Shown here: positions 51,842 to 64,000 of the stretch, piece after piece
Numbering within the stretch: the stretch's first letter is position 1
Layout: each line of letters opens with the position of its first letter
The notes under the pieces: generated by a model
What the model was told of the DNA's origin: nothing
Databases searched by the model: none
Seen by the model: the letters and a program-made list of their open reading frames with translations, nothing else
Position numbers and translations under genes: made by a program
NCBI RefSeq assembly: GCF_006345805.1
Contig: NC_042997.1
Coordinates: 97,588,001 to 97,652,000 of the forward strand
DNA length: 64,000 nucleotides
Direction of reading: 5' to 3'
DNA from: Octopus sinensis
Taxonomy: Eukaryota

Positions 51842-52650
51842 TAGGGAGAATTCATGAAAAAAACAAAAGACGAAGACAGGTGGTGTAGAAAACAAATTGA
51901 TGTATTAGTATAATGCTCGGGAATTGAAAAAGTCTTTTATGTTTCGAGCCTATGCTCTTCCACAGAAAGGGACACAGACAGAAACAAGGAGAGAAAAAAA
52001 ATGTGTGTAGTGGCTACCGATCTATCATGGCGACCGCCGGACAGAAGGGTCACACAGGAAAAAGGAAAGAACAGAAAGTACAGGAAAGTTTAGAAAGTAT
52101 AAAAATAATAGTAATAATAATAATAGTTTTACGTAAAGTTAAAAAAATTCAAAGGTTTCAGACGTCCTGGTGTATTGCAAGAATTTTTCATCAAAAGTAG
52201 AGTCCAGAGTAATCCATAGGTAAGAGAGGTGCAGCCGGAGTGTAAAAAGTCCAAAGGAAAATCTGTAAAGGGTAGAAAGTCCAGTGGAGAAGTTCATGGG
52301 TGATGAGAGGAGACATGATCAACTGGTGTGATCCAAGGATCGAGATGTAGGAAGTTAGTAAGCTTTGAGCAGTTCACAGAAGGTATAAAAAAACCGCTTG
52401 TAGGAACAAGAGTGGTTTATTGGCATAGAAGGTTGTAAATTTTTCCCATATTGAAGTTTGGTATGCTGAAAGACGTTATTTTATAGTTCATGGTTAGCAA
52501 CTAGGGTTGCAGTGTATGCAAATTAAAATCCAAATTGAGGGAATGAAGCAGGTAAAATCCAGGCTACTTATGTTTACTAGCTAGCAGAACCTTGGAAGTA
52601 ATAATTACTCAGTGAGGGGTACTCCACTAGCTACTCATCAGGCTGAAGTT
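51842..52650 (-). mobile_element. Degenerate Penelope-like element remnant (pLTR-like, with decayed hammerhead motifs)
   Basis: Minus-strand GAAGAGCATAGGCTCGAAAC and CTGATGAGTAGCTAG motifs. Part of this sequence recurs at about 48910-49070. No RT or GIY-YIG frame was recognised. Confidence 0.45.
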
Positions 52651-52730
52651 AACTCACAGGAGATGATTGAAAATGAGTGGAAAACATGGAGTGAGAGAAC
52701 AAAATATATATATATGTATACATATATATA

Positions 52731-52784
<54 letters not shown>

Positions 52785-55566
52785 ATTTTGTGTGGTTTAG
52801 AAGTTTGCTTTGGAACCATGTGATTCTAGTTCAGTCTCACTGCACTATACCTTGGGCAAGTGTCTTCTACTATAGCTCCAGATTAACCAATGACAGAAAC
52901 TGTATGGAAGCCTTTTGTGCATTTGTGTTTTTCTCTATCGCCACTGCTTGTCAACCGGTGTTGGCTTGTTTACATCTCTATAATTTAGTGGTTCAGCAAA
53001 AATGACCAATAGAATCAGTGCCAGACTTTAAAATTATTAAGCACTAGATGATAGATAAAGAATACACTGTAACAGTGTTATAACAGTACAAAATAGAAAC
53101 ATCAGCAGTAACAAACATAATGGACCAACAATTTTTACACACCAACAATCAATATTTCCAACACACTCACTCAAACTGTACCTGGACTTTGAGGACCAAA
53201 CTACAAACTGCTGACTATATCAGACCTACTATTCATATGTAGTGGTTCCCTCTATTCCTGTCTGGGGGTGTCTATTCCCGTTTCACCACAACAGACTTTC
53301 CATTTCTAGTAACAAATCCATGGTTACTAGAAGACACTTGCTCTAGGTACCACACAGTAGGACTGAACCTGAAGCCACATAGTTGGGAAGTGAAACCTAT
53401 CTGATCTTTGCACCTGAAACCTGTTCTTCCCTACTTGTTATTCACTCACTGTTCTTCATTCATGATATTCATCCTAATCCTTATTTCCCCATCTCTCATA
53501 TTACACATTTGCAAACTTACCCACCTATACTCCCAGTTCTTCTGCTTCCATTCACTTCTACTCACCTCATAACTTGAGATTCCCCTAGACACTTCATCAC
53601 CACTTTTTTCATCTCTTCCTTGCTTCACCCTAAATACTTCCCACCCTCTCTTCTATAATATGAATTGTCATGTAGCCCTCCTTCTGCAAGAAACCTGCTA
53701 ACGTAAAGCATCTCCTAACATAAAGCTACGTTTCTTGAGTTTTGTGCTCTTGGGAGCTGCTGGCAGCTCATATTTATTTGACATCATTAAGTGTTAATGA
53801 CTGTTAATGACAGAAATGTAATTTGGGAATTTAAACTAAATAAGGAAATGTTAACTTAAGAGAGACAAAAGCATATTTGCATGAATAAGGAATTATTTTA
53901 AAATCTCTTGGTATTGATTTTGTTTGGTGCATTGGCCTTCAAAGGTTTGTCATTTGTTTGACACCTCAAAAGTATTTAGTAATGAATATTGATGAAGTAT
54001 AATGTGTAAATTACATTATTAAATTACAATGATGTATAGAAAATGTTAATGAATTTGAATAACATCATAATCCTTATGTAATGTCTATGTTCCATTGGAT
54101 GGTTGAACAGATCCGTTTAATCCAACAACTATATTGTGCTCCGATGTCTACTTTGACATGGTTTCTGTGGTTGGATGCCCTTCTTAATGCCAACCACTTT
54201 ACATTGTGTAGTGGGTGCTTTTTGCTTTTTCATGCCAATATTGAGGTTGTCATGCAGCTTGCAAGAATATGACCCCCAAGGGATTGGGAAGTCAGATTTA
54301 AAATTATTTCAGAAAATGGGGACAGAGCAGTAGAAGAACTGCATGGTTACTCACATTTATAGGGGTATGAGAAAATCATCAATAGGAACAGCAAAGAGAT
54401 AGATAGCAAAGATGAGGTATCCAGGTAGCCTCTCAAGGCATGAAATGAGCAGAAGTTGGGAGGTGGGTTTCAAGGTTGTACTCATAATACTGTATTTCTT
54501 AAACTTCCATTCAACAGCAGTTCTACAGATACAAATACATCATAATCATTTGGATCTAATATATAATCCTTTGTTAATAGTATTAGCAAATTAGCAACAT
54601 AAAGAAAATGATGTTGACACTTGTTTACAACTATCACACAATATTAAGATGAGGAAGCAGAAAACATGCACTCACTCACATATATACGACAAGCTCCTTT
54701 CAGTTTCTTATTTCTTCACTGCCCGCAAGGGGCTAAACACAGAGGGGACAAACAAGGACAGAAAAATGGATTAAATCAATTATATCGATCCCAGTGCGTA
54801 AATGGTACTTAATTTATCGACCCCGAAAGGATAAAAGGCAAAGTCGACCTCGGCGGAATTTGAACTCAGAACGTAGTGGCAGATTAAATACCGCTAACCA
54901 TTTCTCTCGTAGCGTTAACGTTTCTGTCAGCTCATCGCCTTTCAGTTTCTGTCTCCTTTTCTTCTTTCAGTTTCTGTCTCCTCAATCCACATACATGGTT
55001 TTGTTTAGCCTGTGACCGTTGTGGGGGATACTTGATCAAGGTGCCACACAGTGGAACTGAACCCGAATCATTGTAGTTGGGAAGCAAACTTCTTAACCAT
55101 GCAGCTCTGTTTGTGGTGTGTGTATTTATTTTGAGTGATGTAACAACACGAAAACCTGTTGTATTGATTATGTTACTGTTTTTAAGAACTTTTTGTGCCA
55201 ATACATATATTATGAAGTCTTGAATGTTTTCAGAACCTTACATAATAATTAGAAATAAAGCAATTGAAGACTCACCAAAATATGGAGCTAAATAAATAAA
55301 TCTTTGTTCGTGTGTGTGTGTGTGTGTGTGTTTCAATAAATAATTGGATTCTATTGGAAATTGATTTATTTGTTCAGTCTATGACATGGCTTTTTTCATT
55401 TCCAACTTTGGATATTGGGACTTATTTACATAGACATCAATTATGTTGTATTTCACTACTTATTTCAACTATTTACTTATTTTAATTTCAGCTACTTCAT
55501 AACATTCTTACAAAAACATGAACAAAAAGTATTCAATATTTCCTTTTTTTTTGTATTTCTATTCAG

Positions 55567-55742
55567 GTTCAATTGGAGGGACGCTTCTCTTGTTTATCCT
55601 GCCCTGCATCTTTGAGTTGTCTCTGTGGTGGAAAAAATTGTCTGTTAAAGTAATAATCAAGAATGTGTTTATTGCATTGTTTGGTCTTCTTGGCAGCTGT
55701 CTTAGTCTGTATTCCATCCTAAGAAAGATGAGCCGATCCTGA
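55567..55742 (+). CDS. Amino-acid transporter, terminal coding exon 8
   Basis: CTATTCAG|GT TCA ATT GGA... gives GSIGGTLLLFILPCIF...FGLLGSCLSLYSILRKMSRS*, matching the family TM10-TM11 motif GS.....L.FILP. TGA ends at 55742. Confidence 0.92.
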
Positions 55743-56699
55743 AGCCATCCAGATAGCAGTTGCATGACATTGCATATCAGCTTACTTGGTCAGAATGTTA
55801 GGCAGTGTGTATATGTGCAAGTCTCTGAATCTATTTAAAATGTTTAACTAAGAAACAACAGCGAACATATCAATCACTGATGTCAGAAAATTTCTGCTGT
55901 ACCACGTTGGAGACAAGTAATTCTAGAGTAACAAGCCAACTTTGCCACAGCTGTTTTTAGGTAACTGGTTTGTACTGCTGTTCCATTGTTACTCTTAACA
56001 TCATTGAAATCTGTTGTAAACTCATATAAATGACAACAGCCAAATCACCTTAATATTATTGTATATTATTTTCTGGTTGATCTCTCATTCTTTATGAAGA
56101 AAAGGCTTTTATTCACAGAATTTCAAATTAGTATTCATCTGTTATGTTTTTTTTTTCTAAGTAATTCCCTTTTATTTTCTTAGCAGTGTTTGCTCAATTT
56201 AAAAAAAATGTATATATTACTTTTTTGTTTTTTTCTGTTTTTATATTTAATATAGATTTCTTTTCAATAAGACATGACATAAATTAAATTAAGTAAAGAA
56301 AAAGAGTTACGGAATTGAAAGATGACAAAGATATTTTCATTCTTTATTAGAATGAAAGCCAAAACGTATACACACGAAAAGCATATCATGAAATTGTTTT
56401 CTTTTATTTTTTTAATTAATGGCATATTGAGAAGAGAAAGCCTTCAGTTTTTTTCTTCTTTTTATTTTTGAGGAAATTCGTAACTAATTGGTGGAAATTA
56501 GTTTTTAAATACAATCGTAAAAAAATATGAATGAAAGATTTATTTATTTATTTGATAACACATTTGTGTGATATCACCGAAGTGAAAAGGCACACAGTGT
56601 TACATAGATATGACTGTGTTTCTTAATTATATATAATATATATAATGTGTGTATGTTCATGTACATATATGCATATGATGTGGAGTATGTATATGTATG

Positions 56700-58250
56700 G
56701 TGTGTGTGTATGTATGTATGTATGTATGTATGTATATATATATATAATATATATATATAATATATATATATATGCAATATATATATATATATATATGCAA
56801 TATATATATATATATGCAATATATTAATATATATATGCAATATAGATATATATATGCAATATATATATATATATATGCAATATATATATATATATATGCA
56901 ATATATATATATATATGCAATATATATATATATATATATGCAATATATATATATATATATATGCAATATTATATATATGGCAATATATATATATATATAT
57001 CAATATATATACATATATATATATATGCAATATATAATATTATATATATATATATATAATGCAATATATATATATATATATGGCAATATATATATATATG
57101 CATATATATATTAATATATGCATATATATATATATATAGCATATATATATATATAATATGCAATATATATATATATATATGCAATATATATATATATATA
57201 TGCAATATATATATATATAGCAATATATATATATATATATATATATATGCAATATATGCAATATATATATATAATGCAATATATATATATGCAATATATA
57301 TATATATGCCATATATATATATATGCCTATATATATATATATGCAATATATATGCAATATATATATATATATATATATGCAATATATATGCAATATATTA
57401 ATATATATATATATATTGCAATATATATGCAATATATATATATATATATATGCATATATATGCATTATATATATATATATATATGCAATATATATATCAA
57501 TATATATATATATATATATGCAATATATATGCAATATATATATATATTATATATGCAATATATAATGCAATATATATATATATATATAATATATGCATAT
57601 ATATATATATGCTATATATATATATATATATATATGCAATATATATATATAATATGCAATATATATATATATATCAATATATATATCATATATATATATG
57701 CAGTAATATATATATATGCAATTATATATATATATATAGCATATATATATATATTATTGCAATATATATATATATATAATGCATATATATATATATTATA
57801 TGCAGTATATTATATATATATATATATGCAATATATATATATATATATATGCAAGTATATATATATATATGCTATATATATATATATATATGCAGTATAT
57901 TATATATGCAGTATATATATATATATATATGCAGTATATATATATATGCAGTATATATATATATATGCATATATTATATATATATGCAGTATATATATAT
58001 ATATGCAGTATATATATATATATATGCAGTATATATATATATATATGCAGTATATATATATATATGCAGTATATATATATATATATGCAGTATATATATA
58101 TATATATGCAGTATATATTATATATATGCAATATATATATATATATATATATGCAATTATATATATATATATATATATGCAATATATATATATATATATA
58201 TGCAATATATATATATATATATATGCAATATATATATATATATATATATG

Positions 58251-58299
<49 letters not shown>

Positions 58300-58605
58300 T
58301 ATATATATATATATATATGCAATATATATATATATATATGCAATATATATATATATATATATATGCAGATATATATATTATATATATATGCAATAATATA
58401 TATTATATATATGCAATATATATATATATATATATAATGCAATATATATATATATATATATTGCAGTATATATTATATATATGCAGTATATATATATATG
58501 CAATATATATAGATATATATATGCAGTATATATATATGTATATGCAGTATATATATATGTATATATATATATGCAGTATGTATATATATATATGCATATA
58601 TAATA

Positions 58606-58653
<48 letters not shown>

Positions 58654-58683
58654 CAATATATATATATTATATATATATGCAGA

Positions 58684-58747
<64 letters not shown>

Positions 58748-58933
58748 ACATATATTATATATATATATATATGTGTGTGTAAATGCATATGTGTGTGTGT
58801 ATATATATATATATAAACGCAGAATATGTATGTATATATGTATACGCAGTGTGTGTGTGTAAATATATGTACATGCAGTGTGTATATGTTTGTATATATG
58901 TATACACAGTGTGCATATGTATATGCAGTGTGC

Positions 58934-58994
<61 letters not shown>

Positions 58995-59100
58995 AACATA
59001 TATATGCTGTATATGTGTGTATATACATATATGTGAGTGTGTGTGTGTGTGTATATATATATATATGTGTATATATATATATAATATATATATATATATT
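56700..59100. repeat. About 2.4-kb compound microsatellite, (TA)n punctuated by TGCAA/TGCAG, with (TG)n flanks
   Basis: Directly visible. All Y/I/M/Q/C-rich ORFs here are artefacts of the repeat. Confidence 0.97.
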
Positions 59101-61609
59101 GTGTGTTCTTGACTACTATGTAGTCTAATAAAATGACAAAAATTGAATGTCACATTTCCATATTTTCTTTTGTTTTTCTTTTTCTCCTTTTTTTTTTTTG
59201 TACTATTTGAGATTGTAACATTTGGTCTTATTTCCCCAAATTACCAATGTAAACTGTCTGAATGTCATTGTATCGATATTGGGACCAATGGGAAAATATC
59301 AGTGTAAATTTTGCATCCATATCCTGTTCCAATATACAAATTTATTGAAATTTATAACAAAAAAATAAGATAAAGCAAGAAAAAAACTGTTTTTTGTAAA
59401 CAATATCATAAGTCTTTTTGTTATTACTTATACATATTATGTATATGTATGTATTTTATCCCTTTACTAGGTTTCAGTCATTGGACTATGGCCATGCTGG
59501 GGCACTGCCTTCAAAATGTATATATAATCAATATTTCATTGAATAGATATGTTTCTATTGATAGGGCAAAATATCTTAAGATGAAGACCATAACAGGGGT
59601 AATAAATTAGTTAATAAAGTATGGCCTCAGAATTGATATATTATTATGTAAACTAGCTGCTAATCAGAGAAGTATGTGTGGTCACTTCGAGGTAATTAAA
59701 AATTTTTTTTAAATTGTCATTATTGTATGACTAACTCTATCTAGCAAGGAGTTGGTGCTTGCAAATCCTGAATGGAAGATTATCTTTATTTGTTAATCTC
59801 CAATTTTGTATTAGTGTTGATCAGACAAACTGACTGAAGTTTTCTCTTTGTTATAAAACTGCTGACTGAACACGTATTTTGATTTTACTGATCTGTACAC
59901 TAGTATTCGTTTTAAAGCTGGTACAAGATCCTGTAAGCTTCAGTTAGAGAAGTTAGACCAAAAGTAATAAAAAAAGGGTTAGATAACAGTATATAAGACA
60001 GCACAAATGCTTATATATATGTGTGTGTGAGTGTGTATGTATATATTTATTCAAATTTGAAATAGAAGCAGCACTGGTGCAAAAAACATTATTGATCACA
60101 TGTACTTAATGTATATATTATATGTATTTGCTGGCAGGCTATGATGAACAAGGTGTTAAAACACCTCAGAGTCATGGACAGTCAAGACAACTCGCCCTGG
60201 ATTCCATTCATGAGTGTTGGACAGCTCTGTTTCGTCAATTTTGTGGCTTATCAGCATCACATGCCTGAACTGAATTGGAGGTGACTCATACAGCCAATCC
60301 ATGACTTATATATGCTGATAGTGTGAAACCTATGTATGAGCTGAACAGAGATGTGTACGGAAGAGATTAGCAGAGGCTGGATAGAAACGGTATTAAAGCA
60401 AGACAATGGTTAGAGGAGGATTAAAGAAGAAATTTTAGTGAATGAAGGATTTGACTAAATAGTTATATGAGAAAAGACCTAGAGCTAAAGAGAAAATTGT
60501 TAAAGAAATTTATTAAAGAAAAAGACTTAATATTGGCAAGGAGTAAATTTTAATTGAATATTGGAGATGTTTTAAGAGAAATAAGAAAATGAGATATTAA
60601 ACTATGAATTCATCACTTCCTTCTGAAACCTTAAATAATTGCTAACCTAAATATGCACCTGCATATACACACAGATATGCACAACATTAAAATTTTTCTT
60701 TACGTTCTATAATTTAATTTCTTCTGAAATACTGTGACAATACCAAAGTGTAAATCAGAAATATTGTCCAGTTCACACAGCAATATCCCTTTCCATTAAA
60801 AAAAAAAATGACATTTTTTTCTAATAAAAAATATATTTTTTCTTTTTTTCTTTCCTTTTTTGTTAAAAAAATGCCATGAGTTAGAAATACTTGTGTGTAC
60901 AAGTAAATAAATCTACATATTTTCTCATTAAAACTCATTAAAAAAAACCCCCAGTTTTCGCTTTACTTATTTTTTGCTTTGTGTTGCTATGTTGATTGTT
61001 TTAAACAATATTCCATTGTTTATTGCTTTTGTTCATTATGTGTTCATTTATGTAATGTTTTTTTTTATTATTCCTTGCTGGCAGTTTTGTCACAGCTTCT
61101 ATCATTTTTACATACACATCAATAGAAAATAGCTGATTAACTTTTGAGTTGTGTATGCTTTACTTGTAGACTAGATGTGTTTTATCATGCTCATAGCATT
61201 CAGGAAGGACAAAAGGGTCTCTTCTAGTTCAGTCTCTGTTCTTACTCAGGAATACTGTCCTTTAAAATCTGTAGCTTTCTCTGTGACTTATAGAGTCCTT
61301 CTACTTGCTCGTATGTCCACGTTTTGGTGTTTTCTACAACTGGATACACTCCCTGTTACCAACTACTTTATACAGCATGTTGGGTTTATTGTAACAACAG
61401 CACAAATGAGACTTTGTGCAAAGAGAACTGAAGTATCTCTAATTACAAAAATGTATATGTATGTACAAGGCTTCTACATTTAAAATTCTCTCTCTCCACT
61501 TCGATCATAATTATCTGTAGAATTTAATATTAAGCTAGTGGCAGTTATTAGGCAAGAATTAAGTTTCTTATTTAGTATTATTTTATGTTCTATATAGCCA
61601 TGTTCCAAT

Positions 61610-61841
61610 TGTCTTGATGTTTCACTTGACTCAGAATTCAGCATCCACAATGCCTACTAGAATGACAGCAAAATCCAGTACATTCAGAGATAATCTAACC
61701 ATCCCCAAAGCATTAAAAATCTTATTAGGAACATATCTCTTAAGATTTTCCTCTTTATCTTCTAATGAGAAAATACTCAAATCAGTAGCTCCTTATAATG
61801 AAGCTCTCAGTAATAGTGGTTACAAGGAAAAAGTTTATCAT
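61610..61841 (+). mobile_element. Penelope-like element RT thumb-region fragment, degenerate
   Basis: Across frameshifts: CLDVSLD...IQYI, R*SNHPQSIKNL, RFSSLSSNEKIL...APYNEALSNSGYKEK. This is the FLDV / SNHP / RLSSNE...AL..SGY motif series of PLE ORFs. Confidence 0.72.
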
Positions 61842-62253
61842 CAACTTCCGGCGGTGTATATTTCATTTGTCACTGTTATTTATGATATATTTCATCTCAG
61901 TTACGTTTGTATGAATAAACGAGTGTATCTGAAGCATGTTTACTTCATGGCACCGCCACACTCGTTCGTGCATTTCTACTGCTTTTAGTTTTTCTTCCTG
62001 TTTTTCAGTTACTATTTTCGGAAAGACTTTTTTGCCACACCCTCCAATTTCTTCATTTTTCACTTTTTTCCGTAACTCTAATCCTAAAATCCCAACCCTA
62101 GCCCCAAAACCCCAACCTAACCCTAACCCTAACCCGAACCCTAACTCTAAAACCCTAGCCCTAACCATAAAACCCTAAAGCTAAAACCAGTACAAACGCA
62201 CGAACGATGTCATAAATAACAGTGACAAACGAAATATACACCGCCGATAGTTG
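61842..62253. mobile_element. TIR element (about 410 bp) with internal degenerate CCCTAA repeats
   Basis: Inverted ends CAACT..CGGCGGTGTATATTTC(A/G)TTTGTCACTGTTATTTATGA. CCCTAA-like tract at about 62085-62175. No TSD was resolved. Confidence 0.8.
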
Positions 62254-62859
62254 TTGACAAACAACGGCAGTAATTCTATTCAGCTGAATACACGCCCTTG
62301 ATTGGTTGAAATTACCGAAATACGACAACTCACAGTCAAATCACTTGAAATTTTTTATTACCCCCACCTCGGTTATATTTTTTGGTTATTCTTCATTTTA
62401 TTTTTATTTTCAAAATATTATTTTACTTGTTTCCGTCATTGGACTGCGGTCATACTGGGGCACCGCCTTGAAAATTTTTATAGTCGAATGTATTGACCCC
62501 AGAATCTCTTTTAGGTGATTTTCAATCAGCACATAAAATTAAGCCTAGAAGGTCTCTCCTCATGCTAGAAATATCAGCTAAATCTTACAACTCTTTTTAA
62601 TATAATTTCACGTAAACAAAAACGGAAATGGCAGTTGTAAAAAAAAATTATTTTCCAATTTTTAAGTAAACAAAATATATGCAATCGAAAAACTGTATCA
62701 AAACATCTGTGTCCCTCACAATGACATGTTCTGTGTGTTTCTTCGTTGTTAGAATAATTTTAAAGTTTGAAAATGAAAATAAATCAACCTTAACGTCAAT
62801 AATAGTGCTGTTGAACTGTTAAGTGCAACAGAACACAAGACTCTTTACTACTCAATGTA

Positions 62860-64000
62860 CGAGGGACGTTCAATAAGTAATGCCCCTGACCCACTTGCAG
62901 TTGTTCGATCTAGCTGAAATTTTGCATGTGCAATTATTTATATCTCTATAGATTAAGTGGCAAATTACAGCTCTGAACTAATTGTGGTTTCTGATTTACA
63001 GGTGTTCAAACTGAGTCAAGTGTGAAATGGAGCCTGTTGAGTGTCGAGCAGTGATCCGGTTTTTGTATTTGAAAGGACGCACAGCACGAGTGACTTTTGA
63101 TGAAATGAAAGTAACTTATGGTGAGGATGCCCCATCATATGACCTTGTAAAACGCTGGCATCGTGAATTCAAACATGGTCGGAACTCTGTGGAAACAGCT
63201 CCCAGATCTGGTCGCCCCCCTTCTGCCATTTATGAGGCATCTGTCCGTCAAGTTGAGGCTGCCATTTTGGAAGATTGACGCATAACAATTTGCCAAATAG
63301 CCCATCAGGTCAAGATTAGTACCGGGTCTGTGGAAACTATCATTCATGACCATTTGCATATGCAAAAGGTGTCTGCCAGATGGATTTCCAGGTTGCTCAC
63401 ACCTTTCCAGAAGCAAGAACGCGTCGAGTGCTCGAGGATGAATTTGGAGATGTGCCAAGAAGATGAGTCAACATTTTTCAAAAGACTGATTACACAGGAT
63501 GAAACCTGGGTCCATCACTATGATCCAGAGACCAAAGCCCAGTCAATGCAGTGGAAGCACCGTGACTCACCACCTCCAAAGAAGGCAAGGGTGCAGCCCT
63601 TCGCTGGCAAGGTCATGCTCACAGTCTTCTGGGACCAGGACAGAGTAGTGATGACAGATTTCCTGGCAAAGGGTACCACAATTACAGGAGCCTATTATGC
63701 TTCACTTTTGAGGAAATTAAGAGAAGCTATCAAAATCAAGTGGCGGGGCAAGATTAGCAAAGGCATCCTCCTCCTGCAGGACAACGCTCCGGTCCACAAC
63801 TCGCGTGTCGCCAGATCAGAAGCACAGGCGTGCAGCTATGAACTCCTCCCCTTGCACCCTCTGATTTTCACCTCTTCCCAATCATGAAGTTGTTTTTGAA
63901 AGGAAAGCGTTTCCCAGATGATGCAGCCTTGATTTCTGAAGTTACGTCGTGGTTGGAGGACCAAACTGGGGTCTTCTACAAAAACGGTCTCCAGAGCTGC
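62860..64000 (+). mobile_element. Second mariner copy of the same family, truncated by window end, defective transposase
   Basis: TA plus the same left TIR. MEPVECRAV at 63027, stop at 63278, then ITQDETWVHHYDP and LQDNAPVH. Frameshifting deletion at the YSPDL motif. Confidence 0.95.

Noticed and set aside
56574-59153. Many long ORFs (up to 396 aa) rich in Y/I/M/Q/C
   Set aside because: They are translations of a TA microsatellite that lacks stop codons and have no coding signature.

Overview
AT-rich, repeat-dense eukaryotic DNA. The SINE, MITE and microsatellite content suggests an octopus or other cephalopod genome (inference). One protein-coding gene spans most of the window on the + strand: an 8-exon amino-acid transporter of the Aa_trans/AAAP family (SLC36/AVT3-like, about 572 aa, 6016-55742). 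All seven intron phases match. A CLEAR-type GTCACGTGAC box lies about 230 bp upstream of the proposed ATG. The introns and flanks hold tRNA-derived SINEs, RTE, CR1, R4/Dong and HERO LINE 3' fragments, Penelope-like remnants, Helitron pieces, two defective mariner copies, several MITE families and long microsatellites. The most striking unexplained structure is an about 840-bp foldback in intron 2 (24536-25376, arms about 99% identical). Each arm carries an apparently intact type I hammerhead ribozyme of the Penelope-associated minimal kind, and one is in the sense orientation of the host pre-mRNA. All calls are by eye from the sequence; no database search or folding program was run.
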